Positions 15,601 to 28,800 of a stretch of DNA of 64,000 nucleotides are shown one piece after another. Below the pieces are notes generated by a model. That model ran no database searches. It was not told the DNA's origin and saw nothing but the letters and a program-made list of their open reading frames with translations. This DNA is from the human T2T-CHM13v2.0 reference genome, Homo sapiens: the NCBI RefSeq assembly GCF_009914755.1, contig NC_060933.1, one strand, 5' to 3'. A program made the position numbers and the translations under genes. The first letter of the stretch is position 1. Each line of letters opens with the position of its first letter.

Positions 15601-18600
15601 ATGGAATGGAATGGAATGGAATGGAATAGAATCAACTCGATTCCAATGGAATGGAATGGAATAGAACGGAATGGAATTAACACGAATAGAATAGAATGGA
15701 ATGGAATGGAATGGAACGGAATGGAATGGAATGGAATGGATTCAACTCGATTGCAATGGAATGAAATAGAATGGAATGGAATGGAATGGAATGGAATTAA
15801 CCCGAATAGAATGGAATGGAATGGAATGGAAAGGAATGTAATGGAATAGAATGGAATGGAATCAACCTGAGTGCAGGGGAATGGAATGGAATGGAATGCA
15901 ATGGAATGGAATCATCAGGAATGGAATGGAATGGAATGCAATGGAATGGAATGGAATCAACTCGATTTCAATGGAGTGGAATGGAATAGAATAGAATGGA
16001 ATTAACACGAATAGAATGGATTGGAATGGAATGGAATGGAACGGAAAGGAATGGAATGGAATGGAATGGAATCAACCCAATTGCAGGGGAATGGAATGGA
16101 AAGGAATTCAGTGGAATGGAATGATCCGGAATGGAATGGAATGGAATGCAATGGAATGGAATGGAATGGAATGGAATCAACCCGAGTGCAATGGAATGGA
16201 GAGGAATGGCATGGAATGGAATGGAAACTACCCGAATGGAATGGAATGTAATGGAGTGTAAGGGAAATGAATAGAATCAATCCGAATGTAATGGAATGGA
16301 ATGGAACGGAATGGAAAGAAATGGAATGGAATGGAATGGAATGGAATGCAATGGAATGGAATCAACCCGAGTGCAATCGAATGGAATCGAATGGAATGGA
16401 ATGCAATGGAATGGATTCAACTTGAATGGAATGGTAATAATGGAATCAACATGAGTGGAATGGCATTTATTTGAATGGAATGGAATGGAATAAACCCGAG
16501 TACAGGGGAATGGAATGGAATGGAATGGAATGCAATGGAATGGAATCATCCGTAATGGAATGGAAAGGAATGGAATGGAATGGAATGGAATGGAATGGAA
16601 TCAACTAGATTGCAATCGAATGGTATGGAATGGAATTACCCCGAATAGAATGGAATGGAATGGAATGGAACGGAACGGAATGGAATGGAATGGAATGGAA
16701 TGGAACGGAACGGAATGGAATGGAATGGAATGGAATGGTACGGAATGGAATGGAATGGTGCGGAATAGAATGGAATGGAACGAATTGGAATGGAATGGAA
16801 TTGAATGGAATGGAATTGAATGGAATGGAATTGAATGGAATGGAATCAACCCGAGTGCAGTGGAATGTAATGGAACGGAATGCAATGGAATGGAATCATC
16901 CGCGATGGAATGGAATGGAATGGAATGGAACGGAATCAACCCGAGTGCAATGGAATGGAGTGGAATGGAATGGAATGGAATGTAAACAACCCGAATGCAA
17001 TGGAATATAATGCAGTGTAAGGGAATTGAATGGAATCAATCCGAATGTAATGGAATGGAATGGAAAGGAATGGAATTGAATGGAATGGAATGGAATGGAA
17101 TCAACCCGAGTGTAATGGAATGGAATCGAAAGGAATGGAACGGAATGGAATGGATTCAACTCGATTGCAATGGAATGGAATAGAATGGAATGGAATGGAA
17201 TGGAATGGAATGGAATGGAATGGAACGGAACGGAATGGAACGGAACGGAATGGAATGGAATGCAATGGAATGGAATGGAATGGTATGGAATGGAATGGAA
17301 TGGTACGGAATAGAATGGAATGGAACGAATTGGAATGGAATGGAATCGAATGGAATGGAATGGAATCAACCCGAGTGCAGGGGAATGTAATGGAACGGAA
17401 TGCAAGGGAATGGAATCATCCGGAATGGAATAGAATGGAATGGAATCAACCCGAGTGCAATTGAATGGAGTGGAATGGAATGGAATGGAATGGAACAACC
17501 CGAATGGAATGGAATGAAATGGAGAGTAAGGGAGTTGAATAGAAGCAATCCGAATGTAATGGAATGGAATGGAACGGAATGGAATGGAATGGAATGGAAG
17601 GGAATGCAATGGAATGGAATGGAATGGAATGGACTGGAATGGAATCAACGCGAGTGCAGGGGAATGGAATGGAATGGAATGCAATGGAATGGTATGTTCC
17701 GGAATGGAATGGAATGGAATGGAATGGAATGGAATGGAATGGAATGGAATGCAATGGATTCAACTCGATTGCAATGGAATGGAATAGAATGGAATGGAAT
17801 GGAATGGAATGGAATCAACCCGAATAGAATGGAATGGAATGGAATGGAACGGAACGGAACGGAACGGAACTGAATGGAATGGAATGCAATGGAATGGAAT
17901 GGAATGGTATGGAATGGAATGGAATGGTACGGAATAGAATGGAATGGAACGAATTGGAATGGAATTGAATCGAATGGAATGGAATGGAATCAACTCGATT
18001 TCAATGGAATGGAATAGAATAGAATGGAATGGAATTAACACGAAAAGAATGGAATGGAATGGAATGGAATGGAACGGTAAGGAATGGAATGGAATGGAAT
18101 GGAATGGAACGGTAAGGAATGGAATGGAATGGAATGGAATCAACCCAAGTGCAGGGGAATGGAATGGAATGGAATTCAGTGGAATGGAATCATCCGGAAT
18201 GGAAAGGAATGGAATGGAATGGAATGGAATGGAATCAACCCGAGTGCAATGGAATGGAGAGGAATGGAATGGAATCAACACGAGTGCAGGGGAATGGAAT
18301 GGAATGGAATGCAATGGAATGGAATCATCCGGAATGGAATGGAATGGAATGGAATGCAAAGCAATGGAATCAACTCGATTGCAATGGAATGGAATGGAAT
18401 GGAAAGGAATAGAATGGAATCAACCCGACTGGAATGGAATGGAAAGGACTGGAATGGAGTGGAATGGAATGGAATGCAATGCATTCAACTCGATTGCAAT
18501 GGAATGGAATAGAATGGAATGGAATGGAATGGAATGGAATGGAATTAAACCGAATAGAATGGAATGGAATGGAATGGAACGGAACGGAACGGAAAGGAAG

Positions 18601-20859
18601 GGAATGGAATGGAATAGAATGGAATGGAATGGAATGGAATGGAATGGAATCAACTCGATTCCAATGGAATGGAATGGAATGGAATGGAATAGAATCGTTC
18701 CGAGTGGAATAGGAGGGAATGTATTCGAGTGGAATGGAAAGGAATGGAATCAACCAGAGTGGAATGGAAGGGAATGGAATGGAATGGAAACTAATAGAAT
18801 GGAATCAACCCGAGTGGAATGGAATGGAAAGGAATGGAAAGGAATGGAATGGAATGGAATGGAATTAACACGAATACAATGGAATGGAATGGAATGGAAC
18901 GGAATGGAGTGGAATGGAATGGAATCAACCCGAGTGCAGGGGAATGGAATGGAATGGAATGCAATGGAATGGAATCATCCGGAATGGAATGGAATGGAAT
19001 GGAATGCAAAGCAATGGAATCAACTCGATTGCAATGGAATGGAATGGAATGGAAAGGAATAGAATGGAATCAACCCGACTGGAATGGAATGGAAAGGACT
19101 GGAATGGAGTGGAATGGAATGGAATGGAATGGAATGGAATCAACTCGATTGTAATGGAATGGAATGGAATGGAATGGAAAAGAATTAACCCGAATAGAAT
19201 GGAATGGAATGGAATGGAATGGAATGGAATAAACCCGACTGCAGGGGAATGGAATGGAATGGAATGCAATGGAATGGATTCAACTTGAATGGAATGGAAA
19301 GAATGGAATCAACACGAGTGGAATGGCATGGATTGGAATGGAATGGAATGGAATCAACCCGAGTACAGGGGAATGGAATGGAATGGAATGCAATGGAATG
19401 GAATCATCCGTAATGGAATGGAAAGGAATGGAATGGAATGGAATGGAATCAACTCGATTGCAATCGAATGGAATGGAATGGAATTAACCCGAATAGAATG
19501 GAATGGAATGGAATGGAACGGAACAGAACGGAATGGAATGGATTGGAATGGAATGGAATGGAATGGAATGGAACGGAAAGGAATGGAATGGAATGGAATG
19601 GAATGGAATGGAATCAACGCGAGTGCAGGGGAATGGAATGGAATGGAATGCAATGGAATGGAATCTTCCGGAATGGAATGGAATGGAATGGAATGGAATG
19701 GAATGGAATGGAATAAACCCGAGTGCAATGGAATGGAGTGGAATGGCGTGGAATGGAATGGAACAACCCGAATTGAATGGAATGTAATGGAGAGTAAGGG
19801 AGTTGAATAGAATCAATCCGAATGTAATGGAATGGAATGGAACGGAATGGAATTGAATGGAATGGAATGGAATGCAATGGAATGGAATCAACCCGAGTGC
19901 AATGGAATGTAGAGGAATGGAATGGAATGGAATGGAAACTACCCGAATGGAATGGAATGTAATGGAGTGTAAGGGAATTGAATAGAATCAATCCGAATGT
20001 AATGGAATGGAATGGAACGGAATGGAATGGAATGGAATGGAATGGAATGCAATGGAATGGAATCAACCCGACTGCAATCGAATGGAATCGAATGGAATGG
20101 AATGCAATGGAATGGATTCAACTTGAATGGAATGGAAAGAATGGAATCAACACGAGTGGAATGGCATGGATTGGAACGGAATGGAATGGAATCAACCAGA
20201 GTACAGGGGAATGGAATGGAATGGAATGCAATGGAATGGAATCATCCGTAATGGAATGGAAAGGAATGGAATGGAATGGAATGGAATGGAATGGAATGGA
20301 ATGGAATGGAATGGAATCAACTCGATTGCAATAGAATGGAATGGAATGGAATTAACCCGAATAGAATGGAATGGAATGGAAGGGAACGGAACGGAATGGA
20401 ATGGAATGGAATGGAATGGAATGGAATGGAACGGAACGGAACGGAACGGAATGGAATGGAATGGAATCAACGCGAGTGCAGGGGAATGGAATGGAATGGA
20501 AGGCAATGGAATGGAATTTTCCGGAATGTAATGGAATGGAATGCAGTGAAATGCAATGGATTCAACTCGATTGCAATGGATTGGAATAGAATGGAATGGA
20601 ATTTAATGGAATGGAATGGAATGGAATTAACCCGAATAGAATGGAATGGAATGGAATGGAACGGAATGGAACGGAATGGAATGGAATGGAATGGAATGGT
20701 ATGGAATGGAATGGAATGGTACGGAATAGAATGGAATGGAATGAATTGTAATGGAATGGAATTGAATGGAATGGAATGGAATGGAATGGAATCAACGCAA
20801 GTGCAGGGGAATGTAATGGAACGGAATGCAATGGAATGGAATCATCCGGGATGGAATGG

Positions 20860-22875
20860 AATGGAATGGAATGGAATGGAATGGAATCAACCCGAGTGCA
20901 ATGGAATGGAGTGGAATGGAATGGAATGGAATGGACCAACCCGAATGGAATGGAATGTAATGGAGAGTAATGGAGTTGAATAGAATCAATCCGAATGTAA
21001 TGGAATGGAATGCAACCGAATGGAATGGAATGGAATGGAATGGAATGGAATGGAATGCAATGGAATGGAATCAACCCGAGTACAATGGAATGGAATGGAA
21101 TGGAATGGAATGGAATGGAATGGAATGATACGGAATAGAATGGAATGGAACGAAATGGAATGGAATGGAATGGAATGGAATGGAATGGAATGGAATGGAA
21201 TCGTTCCGAGTGGAATAGGAGGGAATGTATTCGAGTGGAATGGAAAGGAATGGAATCAACCAGAGTGGAATGGAAGGGAATGGAATGGAATGGAAACTAA
21301 TAGAATGGAATCAACCCGAGTGGAATGGAATGGAAAGGACTGGAATGGAATGGAATGGAATGGAATGGAATGGAATGGAATCAACTCGATTGTAATGGAA
21401 TGGAATGGAATGGAATGGAATGGAATGGAATTAACCCGAATACAATGGAATGGAATGGAATGGAACGGAATGGAATGGAATGGAATGGAATCAACCCGAG
21501 TGCAGGAGAATGGAATGGATTGGAATGCAACGGAATGGAATCATCCGGAATGGAATGGAATGGAATGGAATGCAAAGCAATGGAATCAACTCGATTGCAA
21601 TGGAATGGAATGGAATGGAAAGGAATACATTGGAATCAACCCGAGTGGAATGGAATGGAAAGGACAGGAATGGAGTGGAATGGAATGGAATGGAATGGAA
21701 TGGAATCAACTCGATTGGAATGGAATGGAATGGAATGGAATGGAATGGAATTAACCCGAATAGAATGGAATGGAATGGAATGGAACGGAACGGAACGGAA
21801 CGGAATGGAATGGAATGGAATGGAATGGAATGGAATCAACCCGACTGCAGGGGAATGGAATGGAATGGAATGCAATGGAATGGATTCAACTTGAATGGAA
21901 TGGAAAGAATGGAATCAACACGAGTGGAATGGCATGGATTGGAATGGAATGGAATGGAATCAACCCGAGTACAGGGGAATGGAATGGAATGCAATGGAAT
22001 GGAATCATCCGTAATGGAATGGAAAGGAATGGAATGGAATGGAATGGAATGGAATGGAATGGAATGGAATCAACCCGAGTGCAATGGAATGGAGTGGAAT
22101 GGAATGGAATGGAATGGACCAACCCGAATGGAATGGAATGTAATGGAGAGTAATGGAGTTGAATAGAATCAATCCGAATGTAATGGAATGGAATGCAACC
22201 GAATGGAATGGAATGGAATGGAATGGAATGGAATGGAATGCAATGGAATGGAATCAACCCGAGTACAATGGAATGGAATGGAATGGAATGGAATGGAATG
22301 GAATGGAATGATACGGAATAGAATGGAATGGAACGAAATGGAATGGAATGGAATGGAATGGAATGGAATGGAATGGAATGGAATCGTTCCGAGTGGAATA
22401 GGAGGGAATGTATTCGAGTGGAATGGAAAGGAATGGAATCAACCAGAGTGGAATGGAAGGGAATGGAATGGAATGGAAACTAATAGAATGGAATCAACCC
22501 GAGTGGAATGGAATGGAAAGGACTGGAATGGAATGGAATGGAATGGAATGGAATGGAATGGAATCAACTCGATTGTAATGGAATGGAATGGAATGGAATG
22601 GAATGGAATGGAATTAACCCGAATACAATGGAATGGAATGGAATGGAACGGAATGGAATGGAATGGAATGGAATCAACCCGAGTGCAGGAGAATGGAATG
22701 GATTGGAATGCAACGGAATGGAATCATCCGGAATGGAATGGAATGGAATGGAATGCAAAGCAATGGAATCAACTCGATTGCAATGGAATGGAATGGAATG
22801 GAAAGGAATACATTGGAATCAACCCGAATGGAATGGAATGGAAAGGACTGGAATGGAGTGGAATGGAATGGAATG
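20860..22875 (+). repeat. Near-identical direct duplication, ~20860-21690 repeated at ~22043-22875 (offset 1183)
   Basis: Identical ORF pairs 21071..21259/22254..22442 and 21381..21575/22564..22758. Private variants GGACCAACCCG (20933/22116) and GCAGGAGAATGGAATGGATTGG are shared. Confidence 0.93.
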
Positions 22876-25800
22876 GAATCATCCGTAATGGAATGGAAAG
22901 GAATGGAATGGAATGGAATGGAATGGAATGGAATGGAATGGAATCAACTCGATTGCAATCGAATGGAATGGAATGGAATTAACCCGAATAGAATGGAATG
23001 GAATGGAATGGAACGGAATGGAATGGAATGGAATGCAATGGAATGGAATGGAACGGAACGGAATGGAATGGAATGGAATCAACGCGAGTGCAGGGGAATG
23101 GAATGGAATGGAATGCAATGGAATGGAATCTTCCGGAATGGAATGGAATGGAATGGAATGGAATGGAATGAAATGCAATGGATTCAACTCGATTGCAATG
23201 GAATGGAATAGAATGGAATGGAATGGAATGGAATGGAATTAATCCGAATAGAATGGAATGGAATGGAATGGAAAGGAATGGAACGGAATGGAATGGAATG
23301 GAATGGTATGGAATGGAATGGAATGGTACGGAATAGAATGGAATGGAACGAATTGTAATGCAATGGAATGGAATGGAATGGAATGGAATGGAATGGAATC
23401 AACGCGAGTGCAGGGGAATGTAATGGAACGGAATGCAATGGAATGGAATCATCCGGAATGGAATGGAATGGAATGGAATGGAATGGAATCAACCCGAGTG
23501 CAATGGAATGGAGTGGAATGGAATGGAATGGAATGGAACAACCCGAATGGAATGGAATGTAATGGAGAGTAAGGGAGTTGAATAGAATCAATCCGAATGT
23601 AATGGAATGGAATGCAACGGAATGGAATGGAATGGAATGGAATCAACTCGATTGTAATGGAATGGAATGGAATGGAATGGAATGGAATGGAATGAAATGC
23701 AATGATACGGAATAGAATGGAATGGAACGAAATGGAATGGAATGGAATGGAATGGAATGGAATGGAATGGAATCGATCCAAGTGGAATATGAGGGAATGT
23801 ATTCGAGTGGAATGGAAAGGAATGGAATCAACCAGAGTGGAATGGAAGGGAATGGAATGGAATGGAAACTAATAGAATGGAATCAACCCGAGTGGAATGG
23901 AATGGAAAGCACTGGAATGGAATGGAATGGAACGGAATCAACTCGATTGTAATGGAATGGAATGGAATGGAATGGAATGGAATGGAATGGAGTGGAAAGG
24001 AATGGAATCAACACGAGTGCAGGGGAATGGAATGGAATGGAATGAAATGGAATGGAATCATCCGGAATGGAATGGAATGGAATGGAATGCAAAGCAATGG
24101 AATCAACTCGATTGCAATGGAAAGGAATGGAATGGAAAGGAATACATTGGAATCAACCCGACTGGAATGGAATGGAAAGGACTGGAATGGAGTGGAATGG
24201 AATGGAATGGAATGGAATGGAATCAACTCGATTGGAATGGAATGGAATGGAATGGAATGGAAAAGAATTAACCCGAATAGAATGGAATGGAATGGAATGG
24301 AACGGAACGGAATGGAATGGAATAGAATGGAATGGAATGGAATGGAATGGAATAAACCCGACTGCAGGGGAATGGAATGGAATGGAATGCAATGGAATGG
24401 ATTCAACTTGAATGGAATGGAAAGAATGGAATCAACACGAGTGGAATGGCATGGATTGGAATGGAAAGGAATGGAATCAACCCGAGTACAGGGGAATGGA
24501 ATGGAATGGAATGCAATGGAATGGAATCATCCGTAATGGAATGGAAAGGAATGGAATGGAATGGAATGGAATGGAATGGAATGGAATGGAATCAACTCGA
24601 TTGCAATCGAATGGAATGGAATGGAATTAACCCGAATGGAATGGAATGGAACGGAACAGAACGGAATGGAATGGATTGGAATGGAATGGAATGGAATGGA
24701 ACGGAAAGGAATGGAATGGAATGGAATGGAATGGAATCAACGCGAGTGCAGGGGAATGGAATGGAATGGAATGCAATGGAATGGAATCTTCCGGAATGGA
24801 ATGGAATGGAATGGAATGGAATGGAATGGAATCAACTCGATTGCAATCGAATGGAATGGAATGGAATTAACCCGAATAGAATGGAATGGAATGGAATGGA
24901 TCGGAACGGAATGGAATGGAATGGAATGGAATGGAATGGAACGGAACGGAATGGAATTGAATGGAATGGAATGGAATGGAACGGAACGGAACGGAACGGA
25001 ATGGAATGGAATGGAATGGAATGGAATCAACGCGAGTGCAGGGGAATGGAATGGAATGGAATGCAATGGAATGGAATCTTCCGGAATGGAATGGAATGGA
25101 ATGGAATGAAATGCAATGGATTCAACTCGATTGCAATGGATTGGAATAGAATGGAATGGAATGGAATGGAATGGAATGGAATGGAATTAACCCGAATAGA
25201 ATGGAATGGAATGGAATGGAACGGAATGGAACGGAATGGAATGGAATGGAATGGAATGGAATGGTATGGAATGGAATGGAATGCTACGGAATAGAATGGA
25301 ATGGAACGAATTGTAATGGAATGGAATGGAATGGAATGGAATGAAATGGAATGGAATCAACGCGAGTGCAGGGGAATGTAATGGAACGGAATGCAATGGA
25401 ATGGAATCATCCGGGATGGAATGGAATGGAATGGAATGGAATCAACCCGAGTGCAATGGAATGGAGTGGAATGGAATGGAATGGAATGGAACAACCCGAA
25501 TGGAATGGAATGTAATGGAGAGTAATGGAGTTGAATAGAATCAATCCGAATGTAATGGAATGGAATGCAACCGAATGGAATGGAATGCAACCGAATGGAA
25601 TGGAATGGAATGGAATGGAATGCAATGGAATGGAATCAACCCGAGTACAATGGAATGGAATGGAATGGAATGGAATGGAATGGAATGGAATGCCTTCAAA
25701 CCGAATGGAATGGAAAAGAATGGAATCAACACGAGTGGAATGGAATGGAATGGAATGGAATGGAATGGAATGGAATGGAATGATACGGAATAGAATGGAA

Positions 25801-28800
25801 TGGAACGAAATGGAATGGAATGGAATGGAATGGAATGGAATGGAATGGAATCGTTCCGAGTGGAATAGGAGGGAATGTATTCGAGTGGAATGGAAAGGAA
25901 TGGAATCAACCAGAGTGGAATGGAAGGGAATGGAATGGAATGGAAATTAATAGAATGGAATCAACCCGAGTGGAATGGAATGGAAAGGACTGGAATGGAA
26001 TGGAATGGAATGGAATGGAATGGAATGGAATTAACCCGAATACAATGGAATGGAATGGAATGGAAAGGAATGGATTGGAATGGAATGGAATCAACACGAG
26101 TGTAGGGGAATGGAATGGAATGGAATGCAATGGAATGGAATCATCCGGAATGGAATGGAATGGAATGGAATGCAAAGCAATGGAATCAACTCGATTGCAA
26201 TGGAATGGAACGGAATGGAAAGGAATACATTGGAATCAACCCGAGTGGAATGGAATGGAAAGGACTGGAATGGAGTGGAATGGAATGGAATGGAATGGAA
26301 TGGAATCAACTCGATTGGAATGGAATGGAATGGAATGGAATGGAATGGAATTAACCCGAATAGAATGGAATGGAATGGAATGGAATGGAACGGAACGGAA
26401 CGGAATGGAATGGAATGGAATGGAATGGAATCGAATGGAATGGAATCAACCCGACTGCAGGGGAATGGAATGGAATGGAATGCAATGGAATGGATTCAAC
26501 TTGAATGGAATGGAAAGAATGGAATCAACACGAGTGGAATGGCATGGATTGGAATGGAATGGAATGGAATCAACCCGAGTACAGGGGAATGCAATGGAAT
26601 GGAATGCAATGGAATGGAATCATCCGTAATGCAATGGAAAGGAATGGAATGGAATGGAATGGAATAGAATGGAATGGAATGGAATGGAATCAACTCGATT
26701 GCAATCGAATGGAATGGAATGGAATTAACCCGAATAGAACGGAATGGAATGGAATGGAACGGAACGCAACGGAATGGAATGGAATGGAATGGAATGGAAT
26801 GGAATGGAACGGAAAGGAATGGAATGGAATGGAATGGAATGGAATGGAATGGAATGGAATGGAATCAACGCGAGTGCAGGGGAATGGAATGGAATGGAAT
26901 GCAATGGAATGGAATCTTCCGGAATGGAATGGAATGGAATGGAATGCAATGGAATGGAATCAACCCGAGTGCAATCGAATGGAATCGAATGGAATGGAAT
27001 GCAATGGAATGGACTCAACTTGAATGGAATGGAAAGAATGGAATCAACACGAGTGGAAGGGCATGCATTGGAATGCAATGGATTGGAATCAACCCGAGTA
27101 CAGGGGAATGGAATGGAATGGAATGCAATGGAATGGAATCATCCTTAATGGAATGGAAAGGAATGGAATGGAATGGAATGGAATGGAATGGAATGGAATG
27201 GAATCAATACGATTGCAATCGAATGGAATGGAATGGAATGGAATGGAATGGAATGATATGGAATAGAATGGAATGGAACAAAATGGAATGGAATGGAATG
27301 GAATGGAATGGAATGGAATGGAATGGAATGGAATCGTTCCGAGTGGAATAGGAGGGAATCTATTCGAGTGGAATGGAAAGGAATGGAATCAACCAGAGTG
27401 GAATGGAAGGGAAAGGAATGGAGTGGAAACTAATAGAATGGAATCAACCCGAGAGGAATGGAATGGAAAGGACTGGAATGGAAAGGAATGGAATGGAATG
27501 GAATGGAATGGAATGGAATGGAATGGAATGGAATCAACGCGAGTGCAGGGGAATGGAATGGAACGGAATGCAATGGAATAGAATCATCCGGAATGGAATG
27601 GAATGGAATGGAATGGAATGGAATGGTATGGAATCAACCCGAGTGCAATGGAATGGAGTGGAATGGAATGGAATGGAATGGAACAACCCGAATGGAATGG
27701 AATGTAATGGAGAGTAAGGGAGTTGAAAAGAATCAATCCGAATGTAATGGAATGGAATGGAACGGAATGGAATGGAATGGAATGCAATGGAATGGAATCA
27801 ACCCGAGTACAATGGAATGAAATGGAATGGAATGGAATGGAATGGAATGCAATGGAATGGAGTCTTCCGGAATGGAATGGAATGGAATGGAATGGAATGC
27901 AATGGATTCAACTCGATTGCAATGGAATGGAATAGAATGGAATGGAACGGAATGGAATGGAATTAAACCGAATAGAATGGAATGGAATGGAATTAAACCG
28001 AATAGAATGGAATGGAATGGAATGGAACGGAACGGAACGGAACGGAACGGAACGGAGTGGAATGGAATGGAATGGAATTGTATGGAATGGAATGGAATGG
28101 TACGGAATAGAATGGAATGGAAAGAATTGGAATGGAATGGAATCGAATGGAATGGAATGGAATGGAATGGAATCAACCCGAGTGCAGGGGAATGTAATGG
28201 AACGGAATGCAATGAAATGAAATCATCCGGAATGGAATGGAATGGAATGGAATGGAATGGAATGGAATGGAATGGAATCAACCCGAGTGCAATGGAATGG
28301 ACTCGAATGGAATGGAATGGAATGGAACAACCCGAATGGAATGGAATGTAATGGACAGTAAGGGAGTTGAATAGAATCAATCCGAATGTAATGGAATGGA
28401 ACGGAATGGAATGGAATGGAACGGAATGGAATGGAATGGAATGCAATGGAATGGAATCAACCCGAGTACAATGGAACGGAAAGTAATGTAATGTAATGTA
28501 ATGGAATGGAATGGAATGGAATGGAATGGAATCAACCCGAGTGCAATGGAATGGAGAGGAATGGAACGGAATGGAATGGAAACTACCCGAATGGAATGGA
28601 TTGTAATGGAGTGTAAGGGAATTGAATAAAATCAATCCGAATGGAATGGAATGGAATGGAACGGAATGTAATGGAATGGAATGGAATGGAATCAACCCGA
28701 GTGCAGGGGAATGGAATGGAATGGAATCCAATGGAATGGAATCATCCGGAATGGAATGGAATGGAATGCAATGGAATGGAAAGGAATGGAATCCACCCGA

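Larger units (their letters stand above)
1..17480 (+). repeat. Sub-domain A of the array (vocabulary TGTAAACAACCCG, AATCGAAAGG, TTCAACACCAATG, CAACTAGATT), degenerate ~3.5-4.6 kb periodicity
   Basis: TGTAAACAAC occurs at ~153, 928, 1458, 2883, 5529, 6054, 7049, 9688, 11058, 14257 and 16981, and was not seen later. CAACTAGATTGCAATCG occurs at 4905, 9049, 13053 and 16602. TTCAACACCAATG occurs at 1632, 6228, 7223, 11232 and 14751. Confidence 0.8.

Noticed and set aside
16421-16500. AT-rich diverged patch (GGTAATAATGG..CATGAGT..GCATTTATTTGAAT..TAAACCCG)
   Set aside because: It aligns unit for unit with the standard CAACTTGAAT/CAACACGAGT/GGCATGGATT cassette, so it is a cluster of substitutions and not an insertion.
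18694-18800. ATCGTTCCGAGTGGAATAGGAGGGAATGTATTCGAG..AAACTAATAG cassette as a mobile-element remnant or Pol III gene
   Set aside because: It stays in pentamer register and reads as diverged satellite units. There is no target-site duplication, terminal repeat, poly-A, cloverleaf or T-run terminator. AGGAGG is only a chance Shine-Dalgarno look-alike.
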